Below, piece after piece: positions 32,621-41,770 of a stretch of 64,000 bases of DNA (position 1 is its first letter; each line of letters opens with the position of its first letter). The notes under the pieces are model-generated. The model was not told the DNA's origin and ran no database searches. It was given only the letters and a program-made list of their open reading frames with translations. The stretch is taken from assembly GCA_965279525.1 (NCBI GenBank), contig CBDIIB010000005.1, positions 736,001 through 800,000 of the forward strand, given 5' to 3'. The position numbers were made by a program, and so were the translations under genes. The stretch comes from Tagaea sp. GTDB lineage: Bacteria; Pseudomonadota; Alphaproteobacteria; CACIAM-22H2.

Positions 32621-34155
32621 TGGTCTTCCGCCTGCCCGGCCGGCTCGTGCGGCTTGCCAAGATCGCGCGCACGCTCGTCGCCTACGACGCGTTCGAGGCG
32701 TTCGGCCTTGCCGATTTCACGCCCTTGGGGGCGCGCGTGGCAACTCGCCTGCGCCGCAGCGGCCTGCCGGAACGGCCGGGCCAGCGGCTGGCATTGGCGC
32801 TGACCGAACTGGGGCCGGGCTTCGTCAAGCTCGGGCAGGTGCTGTCCACGCGCGCCGACATCGTGGGCGAAGCGGTCGCCGCCGACCTCACCGACCTGCA
32901 GGACCATCTTGCCCCGTTCGCGTTCGAACTGGCGCGCGACACGGTCGAGCGCGAGCTGGGGCAGAAGCTTGGCGAGCTTTTCTCGGATTTCGACGAAACG
33001 GCGATCGCCGCCGCGTCGATCGCGCAGGTGCATTTCGCCACGACGACCGACGGGCGCGACGTCGCGGTCAAGATCCTGCGCCCCGGCGTGGAAGCCGCGT
33101 TCGCGCGCGACGTCGACCTGCTGGCATGGATCGCGCGGCTGATCGAGCGTCTCGTCCCTTCGTTGCGCAGGCTGAAGCCCAACGCGGTCGTCGAAACACT
33201 TGCGCAGACCGTGCGCTTCGAGATGGACCTGCGCCTTGAAGCGGCGGCGGCCGAGGAACTGGCGGCCAACTTCAAGGACGATCCCGAATTCCGCGTGCCG
33301 GCCGTCGACTGGACGCGCACCGCGCGCCGCGTGCTGACGACCGAGCGCGTGGCCGGCATCCCGATCGACGAGCGCGAGGCGCTGATCGCCGCAGGCCACG
33401 ATCCGCGCGACATCGTCGCCAAGGCCGGGCGCGCGTTCTTCCGCCAGGTGTTCCGCGACGGCTTCTTCCACGCCGACATGCATCCCGGGAACATGTTCGT
33501 GGCCGCCGACGGCACGCTGCTGGCGGTGGATTTCGGCATCATGGGGCGCATCGACCGGCCCACGCGCATCGTGCTGGCCGACATGCTCGCGGGCTTCCTC
33601 AACCAGGATTACCGCAAGGTCGCCGAAGTGCATTTCCGCGCGGGCTTCGTGCCGGCCACGCAGGACGTGGGTGCCTTCGCGCAGGCCGCGCGCGCGATCG
33701 CCCAGCCAATCCTCGGCCTGCCGCTCGAGAACATCTCGCTCGCCCGCCTGCTCGCCCAGCTCTTCGAGGTGACCGAGCAGTTCCAGATGGAAACGCAGCC
33801 CCAGCTCCTTCTCCTCCAGAAATCGATGCTGGTGTGCGAGGGCGTGGGGCGCACGCTCGACCCCAGCGTCAACATGTGGGCGCTCGCCCGCCCGCTGATC
33901 GAGGAATGGATGATCGCCAATCGCGGACCGATGGCGCGCATCACCTATGGCAGCGAAGCGCTGCTCGAACGGCTGGAAGAGCTGCCCGCCCTCGTCGCCA
34001 ATCTCGACCGCGCGGCGGCCCAGGTGGCCGGCGGCGGCGTGCGCCTGCATCCCGACACGCTGCGCGCCTTCGGCACCGACCGTCCGCCGACGCGCTGGCC
34101 CTGGATCGCCGCCGGGGCCGCCGGGGCGGCGTTCCTCTATCTGCTGTTCCGATAG
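32620..34155 (+). CDS. ubiB: Ubiquinone biosynthesis protein kinase-like UbiB
   Basis: LGPGFVKLGQ, AAASIAQVH, VAVKILRP, FFHADMHPGN, DFGIMG. Confidence 0.97.
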   Translation: MVFRLPGRLVRLAKIARTLVAYDAFEAFGLADFTPLGARVATRLRRSGLPERPGQRLALALTELGPGFVKLGQVLSTRADIVGEAVAADLTDLQDHLAPFAFELARDTVERELGQKLGELFSDFDETAIAAASIAQVHFATTTDGRDVAVKILRPGVEAAFARDVDLLAWIARLIERLVPSLRRLKPNAVVETLAQTVRFEMDLRLEAAAAEELAANFKDDPEFRVPAVDWTRTARRVLTTERVAGIPIDEREALIAAGHDPRDIVAKAGRAFFRQVFRDGFFHADMHPGNMFVAADGTLLAVDFGIMGRIDRPTRIVLADMLAGFLNQDYRKVAEVHFRAGFVPATQDVGAFAQAARAIAQPILGLPLENISLARLLAQLFEVTEQFQMETQPQLLLLQKSMLVCEGVGRTLDPSVNMWALARPLIEEWMIANRGPMARITYGSEALLERLEELPALVANLDRAAAQVAGGGVRLHPDTLRAFGTDRPPTRWPWIAAGAAGAAFLYLLFR

Positions 34156-34180
34156 CCGCGCCCGCCGCCGCAAAAATCGC

Positions 34181-34272
34181 TTGACGGGAGTTGACGGTAA
34201 AGTGACGGTAAAGTGACCGTCAACCCCATCATCCCATTGAAACGAATATGTTTATCCGCTTCGAGTTGACGG
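34181..34272. repeat. TGACGG repeat cluster (tandem TGACGGTAAAG x2 inside inverted GTTGACGGT/ACCGTCAAC; GAGTTGACGG repeated at 34263)
   Basis: Direct reading. Confidence 0.7.
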
Positions 34273-34371
34273 AGAGACAGGTTTTTTTCTCGTCTCATGT
34301 ATGGCGGTCAAAGCAGGCACCCGGCACTCTCCCTCAGCAAGATTTACGATATATAGCCTATTATAGGATAA

Positions 34372-34397
34372 TTGACAATAGAGAACATATCAGGTAC
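34372..34397 (+). promoter_or_regulatory. TTGACA -35 followed by alphaproteobacterial LexA (SOS) box
   Basis: TTGACA (34372) then GAAC-ATATCAG-GTAC (34383-34397) = GAAC-N7-GWAC. Confidence 0.7.
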
Positions 34398-34422
34398 ATC
34401 CAGCGGGAAAGGAGATCCCGCC

Positions 34423-35802
34423 ATGCTGTCCCTGCTGCCCGTTTCCCGCGACAACGAAACGCCCGACTGGTTCGAACTTCTGGCCGATGTCGGCCGCAAC
34501 CGGCCCAACCGGCGCTCCGACACGTTCAAGGTCGAAAGCCTGCTCGCCAACGAAGGCGATCCCGAGATGCGCGCCGGCATCGGCCCGACCGGCGTGTGGA
34601 GCCCGCTGCTCGATGCCGCGATCCGCCGCTTCCAGAAACGCAGTGGTCTGAAAGTCGACGGCTGGCTTGCCCCCGGCGGCCCGACCATCGAAGCGCTGCG
34701 CGGCCGCCAGGCCGGTGCGTTCGCCGGCTTCGACGTGCCGACGCCCGACGAGATCGACGCGCACCACGCCGCGATCGCCGAGGGGCGCGATCCGCCGATC
34801 GTGTTCGCCGCACCGCCGGCCGCCTTGCGCCCGGTGCCGGGCCTGCCCGCACTCCGCCAGACCGACCGCGATTCGAACACCAGCCAGCTCGACTGGCTCG
34901 ACGTGCACCAGGCCGGGCTCGGCGACGTGCCGGCACAATTCGCGCGTTACGTCGCCGATCTCGGGCCGCTCGGCATCGCGCAGGCGCGCGACTTCGTCGA
35001 CCAGTTCCAGCACCGCTGGCCGGGCGAACGCGACGCGCTCGTCGACGGCATCCTCGACCGGCTCGATGCGCAGGCACAGGCAAGCTTCCTCGGCGCACCG
35101 CGCCCGAAGGGCCAGCCGTTCGGAACGCTTGCCGGCGGCGGACGCCGGCCGGCACCGGTCATCAGCGACCTCGTCCATCGCCCGCAGGACGAACCGCCGG
35201 AATCCGAAACCCGACGCACGCTCGAACTGCGCAAGGGCGGGGAAGGCGGTGGCGCGATGCTGCTGGCGGCGAACGATGCCGGCGACGACGAAGGAGACGA
35301 TGCGGCAAACGATCCGCAGACTGCGCAGGCGGAGCCGGAAGGCCCGCGCGGCTTCGTGACGCCGAAGCAGAACCCCGACATCCGTGGCCAGGACAGTCAT
35401 GGGAAAGGCGGTATGAATGTTCCGCGCAGCGGCGGCAGGACGCACAAGGGCGTCGACATCGTTGCACCGCCGGGAACACCCATTGTTTCACCGGTCGACG
35501 GAACAGTGGTGACCCCCGTCGACCCCTACAACAGCGACCCCGCCAAGAAAGGTAAGCTTTCTGGCATTCGAATAAAGACAAACGACGGATACACCGTCGA
35601 CATGTTCTATGTCGACGTTGACCAAAAGAAATTCAAAGCCGGAACGGCGATACGCGCCGGTGATCCGATAGGTTCAGCGCAGGACCTGTCACCCATGTAT
35701 CCGCCAAAGCCCGCCGGCCCGATGACGAACCACATCCATCTCCAGATCCAAAAGGAGGGCCGCTACATCGATCCAACTCCGCTTCTGAAACGGCAGAAGT
35801 GA
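34423..35802 (+). CDS. Peptidoglycan-binding domain protein with C-terminal M23 metallopeptidase
   Basis: AIRRFQKRSGLKVDG (PG_binding_1), HKGVD and HIH M23 zinc motifs; AAGGAG RBS. Confidence 0.85.
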   Translation: MLSLLPVSRDNETPDWFELLADVGRNRPNRRSDTFKVESLLANEGDPEMRAGIGPTGVWSPLLDAAIRRFQKRSGLKVDGWLAPGGPTIEALRGRQAGAFAGFDVPTPDEIDAHHAAIAEGRDPPIVFAAPPAALRPVPGLPALRQTDRDSNTSQLDWLDVHQAGLGDVPAQFARYVADLGPLGIAQARDFVDQFQHRWPGERDALVDGILDRLDAQAQASFLGAPRPKGQPFGTLAGGGRRPAPVISDLVHRPQDEPPESETRRTLELRKGGEGGGAMLLAANDAGDDEGDDAANDPQTAQAEPEGPRGFVTPKQNPDIRGQDSHGKGGMNVPRSGGRTHKGVDIVAPPGTPIVSPVDGTVVTPVDPYNSDPAKKGKLSGIRIKTNDGYTVDMFYVDVDQKKFKAGTAIRAGDPIGSAQDLSPMYPPKPAGPMTNHIHLQIQKEGRYIDPTPLLKRQK

Positions 35803-36348
35803 TCAATCGACGAGATAAAAGAAGTCATGGAAATACATCGTGATCCATGAACTCCATATCCCATTGCGACGATTGATCGTGAACAGCAGGTCCGTCCAGT
35901 CGATTCCCTTGCACGACGCGAGCTCGTCCGGGCATTCGCGCATCAACACGCGCGCCTGAAAGGAACTCGGATAGACGTAGTGGAGAAACTCGTCGACAAC
36001 GCCATAGCGCAGGACATGGCGTACCTTCGCCGGATTCACGAATCCGGACTTGTCGAGCGCATATTCGACCCGTGTCGCACGCGCTTGCGTCATGACATCG
36101 GGATGGCGGTACCTGTCGCAGCGCCTCGATCGGGCGTATTCGATGCAGCCGATCACGGTCTCGATGCCGCAGATCGGATTTCGCGGCCGTCCGATGCAAG
36201 CGGAACTCTCCGCGTTCGTCGTCACGAAGCGGATGCGCGCCGGATCGACCGAATCGGCCGGCACAAGGCCGCGACCTTGCGCGACAGCTGGCTCGGTCGA
36301 AGCCAGCAGAAGCAGGAATTGGCAGATAAACTTCCGGTTTCCAATCAT
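35803..36348 (-). CDS. Exported Cys-rich hypothetical protein, convergent with the M23 gene
   Basis: Signal-like N-term (LLLLASTEPAVA), paired Cys (SACIG...PICGIETVIGC). Confidence 0.65.
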   Translation of the reverse strand: MIGNRKFICQFLLLLASTEPAVAQGRGLVPADSVDPARIRFVTTNAESSACIGRPRNPICGIETVIGCIEYARSRRCDRYRHPDVMTQARATRVEYALDKSGFVNPAKVRHVLRYGVVDEFLHYVYPSSFQARVLMRECPDELASCKGIDWTDLLFTINRRNGIWSSWITMYFHDFFYLVD

Positions 36349-36469
36349 CGGTTGAATCTGCGCGCACACATGTTCTCCGTCAAGCCGTTGTATTTGCGGC
36401 GTGATCCGCCCCGAGTTGCGCCGCCGGCGGGGCCTCCCTAAAATAACACTCCATTCAGGGGTAAATCGG

Positions 36470-37672
36470 ATGCTGGCCGGTAAACGGATACTGCTGATCA
36501 TCAGCGGCGGGATCGCGGCATACAAAAGCCTCGACCTGATCCGCCGCCTGCGCGAGCGCGGGGCCGACGTGCGCTGCGTGCTGACGCGCGCGGCCAAGGA
36601 ATTCGTCACGCCGCTGTCGGTCGGTACCCTTTCGAAGAGCCGCGTCTATGACGAGCTGTTCGACCTGACGGCCGAGCACGAGATCGGCCATATCCGCCTG
36701 GCGCGCGACTGCGACTTGGTCGTCGTGGCACCCGCCACCGCCAATATCCTCGCCAGCATGGCGCAGGGGCTGGCGGGCGATCTCGCCACGACCGTGCTGC
36801 TGGCGACCGACAAGCCGGTGCTGGCGGCCCCGGCGATGAACCACGTGATGTGGGCGAGCCCCGCGACCGTCGCCAATCTCGCCACGCTGCGCGCGCGCGG
36901 CGTTTCGTTCGTCGGCCCCGAGAGCGGCGAGCTTGCCGAAGGCGAGATCGGGATCGGCCGCATGAGCGAGCCGATGGCTATCCTGGCCGCGATCGAGAAC
37001 CTGCTGGGTGCGGACGCACCGTTGCGCGGTAAGCGCGCGCTGGTCACCAGCGGGCCGACCTACGAGCCCATCGATCCGGTGCGCTATATCGCCAACCGCT
37101 CGTCGGGCAAGCAGGGCCACGCGATCGCGGCGGCACTCGCAGCGTTGGGTGCGGAAACCACACTGGTCAGCGGGCCCACGCGCCTTGCCGACCCGAAGGG
37201 CTGCCGCGTGCTGCGCGTCGAGACAGCGCAGGAAATGCTGGCCGCGAGCCTGTCGGCCCTGCCCGCCGACATCGCCGTGTGTGCCGCCGCCGTCGCCGAC
37301 TGGCGCCCCGCGGCTCCCGGCAACGCCAAGCTCAAGAAAGACGGGAGCGCGCCGCCGCAGATCGCTTTGGCCGAGAATCCCGACATCCTCGCGACATTGT
37401 CGCGCCACAAGCCGCGTCCGTCGCTGGTGGTGGGGTTCGCGGCCGAGACCGACGACCTGATCGCGCACGCGACGGCCAAGCGCCTGCGCAAGGGCTGCGA
37501 CTGGATCGTCGCCAACGACGTGAGCACGGGGACCGGCACCTTTGGCGGCGACGACAACCGCGTGCACGTGATCGACGCGGGCGGCACGGAATCGTGGGAC
37601 CCGATGAAGAAGGACGAGGTCGCGCGCCGCCTTGCCCGGCGCATCGCCGACCGGATCGCCGGGGCCGCGTAG
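36470..37672 (+). CDS. coaBC: Bifunctional phosphopantothenoylcysteine decarboxylase/ligase
   Basis: [48 protein letters not shown]. Confidence 0.97.
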   Translation: MLAGKRILLIISGGIAAYKSLDLIRRLRERGADVRCVLTRAAKEFVTPLSVGTLSKSRVYDELFDLTAEHEIGHIRLARDCDLVVVAPATANILASMAQGLAGDLATTVLLATDKPVLAAPAMNHVMWASPATVANLATLRARGVSFVGPESGELAEGEIGIGRMSEPMAILAAIENLLGADAPLRGKRALVTSGPTYEPIDPVRYIANRSSGKQGHAIAAALAALGAETTLVSGPTRLADPKGCRVLRVETAQEMLAASLSALPADIAVCAAAVADWRPAAPGNAKLKKDGSAPPQIALAENPDILATLSRHKPRPSLVVGFAAETDDLIAHATAKRLRKGCDWIVANDVSTGTGTFGGDDNRVHVIDAGGTESWDPMKKDEVARRLARRIADRIAGAA

Positions 37673-37673
37673 C

Positions 37674-38123
37674 ATGGATCGTCCGGCCATCGGCATCGTG
37701 CGCCTCGCGCACGCCAAAGATCTTCCGTTGCCCGCCTACGCGACCGAAGGTGCCGCCGGGCTCGACCTGCTGGCGGCGGTTTCCGAACCCGTCGAGCTTG
37801 CCCCCGGCACGCATCGCCTGATCCCGACCGGCATTTCCATCGCCCTGCCCGACGGCTTCGAGGCGCAGGTGCGCCCGCGTTCGGGCCTCGCCCTCAAGAA
37901 CGGCGTCACGGTGCTGAACTCGCCGGGCACGATCGATGCCGACTATCGCGGCGAGGTGGGTGCCATCCTGATCAATCACGGCAAGGCCCCGTTCCGCATC
38001 GAACGCGGCATGCGCATCGCGCAGATGGTGATCGCGCGCGTGGCCCACGCCACGTTCACGGAACGCGACGAACTCCCCCCCACGGACCGCGCCGCCGGCG
38101 GGTTCGGTTCGACCGGCCGATAG
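37674..38123 (+). CDS. dut: dUTP diphosphatase
   Basis: [30 protein letters not shown]. Confidence 0.98.
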   Translation: MDRPAIGIVRLAHAKDLPLPAYATEGAAGLDLLAAVSEPVELAPGTHRLIPTGISIALPDGFEAQVRPRSGLALKNGVTVLNSPGTIDADYRGEVGAILINHGKAPFRIERGMRIAQMVIARVAHATFTERDELPPTDRAAGGFGSTGR

Positions 38124-38136
38124 GAACCCCCCGCCG

Positions 38137-38568
38137 ATGATGCGTCTCACCAAGAAACTGCTGTTCGGCATCGAGGCCGTGCTCGACATCGCCTACAACG
38201 CCGGGGCGCGGCCCGTGCAGGCCGCGTCGATCACCAAGCGCCAGGGCATCCCCAAGCGCTATCTCGAGCAGGTGCTGCAAGCACTGGTGCGTGCGGGCAT
38301 CCTCGCCGGCCAGCGCGGACCCAAGGGCGGCTACCGGCTTGCCAAGGAAGCCAGCGCCATCTCGGTCGCCGACATCGTGCGCATCGTGCGCACGATCGAG
38401 GTGGCCCCCGATCCGCTCGACGGCGCACCGGCTTCGGCCCTCGGCCATCAGATCGTGCGGCCGATCTGGCACGACCTGCAGAGCCAGCAGATGGCGACCC
38501 TCGAAGGGCTGACGCTGGCCGATCTCGTCGGCCGCGCCAAGTCGCTCGGCGTGGCGCTGGAAACCTGA
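38137..38568 (+). CDS. Rrf2 family regulator (Cys-less, CymR-like)
   Basis: IPKRYLEQVLQAL, RGPKGGYRLA; no cysteines. Confidence 0.92.
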   Translation: MMRLTKKLLFGIEAVLDIAYNAGARPVQAASITKRQGIPKRYLEQVLQALVRAGILAGQRGPKGGYRLAKEASAISVADIVRIVRTIEVAPDPLDGAPASALGHQIVRPIWHDLQSQQMATLEGLTLADLVGRAKSLGVALET

Positions 38569-38572
38569 AGCG

Positions 38573-39373
38573 ATGGCGCAGGCGCCAACCCTCGGCGATC
38601 TCACCGACGCGCAGTTCGAACGCTATGCGCGCCACCTGATCCTCGACGAGGTCGGCGAGGCGGGCCAGGCGAAGCTGCTGGCGTCGCGCGTGCTGGTCGT
38701 GGGTGCCGGCGGGCTTGGCTCGCCCGTGGCGCTCTATCTGGCGGCCGCCGGCGTGGGCACGCTGGGTCTCGTCGATTTCGACAAGGTCGACGTGACGAAC
38801 CTGCAGCGCCAGATCGTGCATGCGCAGTCGACCGTGGGCATGCGCAAGGTCGACAGTGCGGCGGCCACGCTGCGCCGGCTCGATCCGGCGATCCGCCTCG
38901 AGACGCACGACATGCGCGTCGGCCCCGACAATGTGGTTGCGCTGGTGCGCGGCTACGATCTGGTCGTCGACGGCTCGGACAATTTCGCCACGCGCTATCT
39001 CGTCCATGACGCGTGCTATTTCGCGGGCAAGCCGCTCGTCTCGGGTGCCTTGCTGCGCTTCGAGGGACAGCTCTCGACGTTCAAGGCGCATGAAGGCAAA
39101 TACTCTTGCTACCGCTGCCTCTTCCCGACGCCGCCACCCGCCGATCTCATCCCGCGCTGCGAGGAGGCGGGCATCCTGGGCTCCGTCGCCGGCGTGATCG
39201 GCACGCTGCAGGCAACCGAGGTGCTGAAGGAACTGCTCGGGCTGGGGACGAGCCTTGCGGGCGCTCTGCTGATCTACGACGCGCTCGACACGCAGTTCCG
39301 CCGCATCAACGTGCCGCGCGACGGGTCTTGCGCGCTGTGCGGCACGCATCCGACGATCCTGCCACCCGCCTGA
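38573..39373 (+). CDS. moeB: Molybdopterin-synthase adenylyltransferase MoeB/ThiF family
   Basis: RYARHLIL, GAGGLG, TNLQRQ, CYRC, CALC. Confidence 0.93.
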   Translation: MAQAPTLGDLTDAQFERYARHLILDEVGEAGQAKLLASRVLVVGAGGLGSPVALYLAAAGVGTLGLVDFDKVDVTNLQRQIVHAQSTVGMRKVDSAAATLRRLDPAIRLETHDMRVGPDNVVALVRGYDLVVDGSDNFATRYLVHDACYFAGKPLVSGALLRFEGQLSTFKAHEGKYSCYRCLFPTPPPADLIPRCEEAGILGSVAGVIGTLQATEVLKELLGLGTSLAGALLIYDALDTQFRRINVPRDGSCALCGTHPTILPPA

Positions 39374-39447
39374 CTTTCGCCGCTTGAACCGGACCCGCCC
39401 TGCCCCGATAATCCCGCCTCCTTCGAACCGACCGGAACCCCCGCCCC

Positions 39448-39984
39448 ATGCGCCTTTTCCGCTTCCTCGTCCTTGCCCTGTTTCTGGCCCTGCCCGCAGC
39501 CGCGGGCGCGCAGGCCCCCGACCGCGAGAACCTGCTTTATATCGACGTCGAGTACGGCCGCATCGTGATCCAGCTGCGCCCCGACCTGGCGCCACGCCAT
39601 GTCGATCGCGTCAAGCAGCTCGCGCGCGCCAAGTTCTACGACGGCATCGTCTTCCACCGCGTCATCGACGGCTTCATGGCCCAGACCGGCGATCCGACGG
39701 GCACGGGCACGGGCGGCTCCGGGCGCGGCAACGTGCCGGCCGAATTCAGCCGCGTGCCGTTCGAGCGCGGCATCGTGGGTGCGGCGCGTTCGCAGAACCC
39801 GAACTCGGCCGACAGCCAGTTCTTCATCATGTTCCGGCGCAATGCCGGCCTCGACGGCCAGTACACCGTCTGGGGCCAGGTGATCTCGGGCATGGAGTTC
39901 GTCGACCGCATCCGGCGCGGCGAGCCGCCGCGCTCGCCCGACAAGATGATCCGCGTCCAGGTGGCCGCGGACGTGCCGAACTGA
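39448..39984 (+). CDS. Cyclophilin-type PPIase, exported
   Basis: Signal peptide, FHRVIDGFMAQTGDP, SADSQFFI. Confidence 0.95.
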   Translation: MRLFRFLVLALFLALPAAAGAQAPDRENLLYIDVEYGRIVIQLRPDLAPRHVDRVKQLARAKFYDGIVFHRVIDGFMAQTGDPTGTGTGGSGRGNVPAEFSRVPFERGIVGAARSQNPNSADSQFFIMFRRNAGLDGQYTVWGQVISGMEFVDRIRRGEPPRSPDKMIRVQVAADVPN

Positions 39985-40025
39985 ACCCGGGCCGAACTGA
40001 ATTCTCACACGTAAAGGACCAGACA

Positions 40026-40517
40026 ATGGCGGCCGACCTCGAAAACACCCTCTATCTCGATCTCGACTGGGGCCGCGTGACGATCGCGCTACGCGCCGAC
40101 CTGGCGCCGGGCCATGTCGCCCGCGTGAAGGAACTGGCGCGCGACGGCTTCTACGACGGCATCGTGTTCCATCGCGTCATCGACGGCTTCATGGCGCAGA
40201 CGGGCGACCCGACCGGGACAGGCATGGGCGGCTCGGACCGCGGCAACCTGAAGGCCGAATTCTCGAAGGAACCCTTCGATCGCGGCGTGGTCGGTGCCGC
40301 GCGCTCGCAGAACCCGAACTCGGCAGACAGCCAGTTCTTCATCATGTTCGACGAGGGCCATTTCCTGAACGGCCAGTACACGGTGTGGGGCCAGGTCACC
40401 GACGGCATGGAACATGTCGACCGCATCGCCAAGGGCGAGCCGCCCAAGAAGCCCGACAAGATCGTCAAGATGACGGTCGCGGCCGACGACAAGCCTGAAG
40501 CGAAGAAAAAGAAGTAA
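40026..40517 (+). CDS. Cyclophilin-type PPIase, cytoplasmic
   Basis: FHRVIDGFMAQTGDP, SADSQFFI; no signal peptide. Confidence 0.95.
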   Translation: MAADLENTLYLDLDWGRVTIALRADLAPGHVARVKELARDGFYDGIVFHRVIDGFMAQTGDPTGTGMGGSDRGNLKAEFSKEPFDRGVVGAARSQNPNSADSQFFIMFDEGHFLNGQYTVWGQVTDGMEHVDRIAKGEPPKKPDKIVKMTVAADDKPEAKKKK

Positions 40518-40530
40518 ATCGCCAGGATAA

Positions 40531-40560
40531 GCCCCGCCCGGTCCGCCGGGCGGGGTCTTT
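40531..40560 (+). terminator. Rho-independent terminator
   Basis: GCCCCGCCCGG-TCCG-CCGGGCGGGGT followed by CTTT. Confidence 0.75.
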
Positions 40561-40656
40561 CGTCAATACCCTATACTATTGTAGGTAGATGAAAAGTGGT
40601 GATAACTTCTATATGAAGGCGCCCTCGTTCACCCGCAGGAACCGAGGGCCCCGCCA

Positions 40657-41706
40657 ATGCCGAAATTTTCCGACATCACCAAGACGATCGGCCGCACGCC
40701 GGTCGTGCGCCTGAACAAGTTCGTTCCGCCGGACGTCCGGCTCTACGCCAAGATCGAAGCCTTCAATCCGATGGGCTCGGTCAAGGACCGCCTCGCCCTC
40801 GCCGTGATCGAGGAAGCCGAACGCACCGGCGCGCTCAAGCCCGGCCAGACCGTGATCGAGGCGACCAGCGGCAATACCGGCATCGGGCTTGCGATGGTCT
40901 GCGCGCAGCGCGGCTATCCGCTGGTCGTCACGATGGCGGAGAGCTTCAGCGTCGAGCGGCGCAAGCTGATGCGCTTCCTCGGCGCCAAGGTCGTGTTGAC
41001 GCCCGCCGCCCAGCGCGGCAGCGGCATGCTCGCCAAGGCGATCGAACTCGCCAAGAAGCACGGCTGGTTCCTGACCCGCCAGTTCGAGAACGAGGCGAAC
41101 GCCGACGCCCACACGCGCACCACCGCGCGCGAGATCGTCGACGATTTCGCCGGCGAACGGCTGGACTGGTGGGTGACCGGCTTCGGCACCGGCGGCACGC
41201 TCAAGGGCGTGGCCCGCGTGCTGCGCGCCGAACGGCCGGACACGAAGATCGCCGTGTGCGAGCCCGAGAACGCGCAGATGCTGGCCAGCGGAGTCGCCCA
41301 GACGCCGAATGCCGACGGCACCTATGCCGCCTCGCACCCTTCCTTCAACCCGCACCCGATGCAGGGCTGGACGCCGGACTTCATCCCGAAGCTGACGGCC
41401 GACGCCGTCACGGCCGGCTATTTCGACCGCATCGTGCCGGTCGCCGGGCCCAAGGCGATCGAAGCCGCGCGTGCGCTCGCCGTGAAGGAAGGCATCTTCG
41501 TGGGCATCAGCAGCGGCGCCACGCTCGCGGGCGCCATCGACATCTGCAAGGGCGCACCGGCGGGCACGACGGTGCTGTGCATGCTGCCGGACACGGGCGA
41601 GCGCTATCTGAGCACGCCGCTGTTCGCCGACATGCAGGCCGACATGGACGCGGCGGAAGCGGAGATCTCGCTCTCGACGCCGAACTTCCGTCTGGACGCG
41701 AAGTAG
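40657..41706 (+). CDS. cysK: Cysteine synthase A-like PLP enzyme
   Basis: FNPMGSVKDR, EATSGNTGIGLA, GTGGT, PDTGERYLST. Confidence 0.95.
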   Translation: MPKFSDITKTIGRTPVVRLNKFVPPDVRLYAKIEAFNPMGSVKDRLALAVIEEAERTGALKPGQTVIEATSGNTGIGLAMVCAQRGYPLVVTMAESFSVERRKLMRFLGAKVVLTPAAQRGSGMLAKAIELAKKHGWFLTRQFENEANADAHTRTTAREIVDDFAGERLDWWVTGFGTGGTLKGVARVLRAERPDTKIAVCEPENAQMLASGVAQTPNADGTYAASHPSFNPHPMQGWTPDFIPKLTADAVTAGYFDRIVPVAGPKAIEAARALAVKEGIFVGISSGATLAGAIDICKGAPAGTTVLCMLPDTGERYLSTPLFADMQADMDAAEAEISLSTPNFRLDAK

Positions 41707-41770
41707 TTCCGTCGCACCGGGGCCGTGGCACGCCACGGCCCCGGCCCTCCAGCCACGGAGTGAAACGCCA

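Noticed and set aside
31163-34155. Apparent long N-terminal extensions or fusions on ubiE, ubiB (also gyrB, waaA, pcp) in the ORF track
   Set aside because: Artefacts of choosing the first start codon; internal starts give normal lengths and operon overlaps.
39448-40517. Tandem cyclophilin duplication as a novelty
   Set aside because: An exported plus cytoplasmic cyclophilin pair is common in Alphaproteobacteria.
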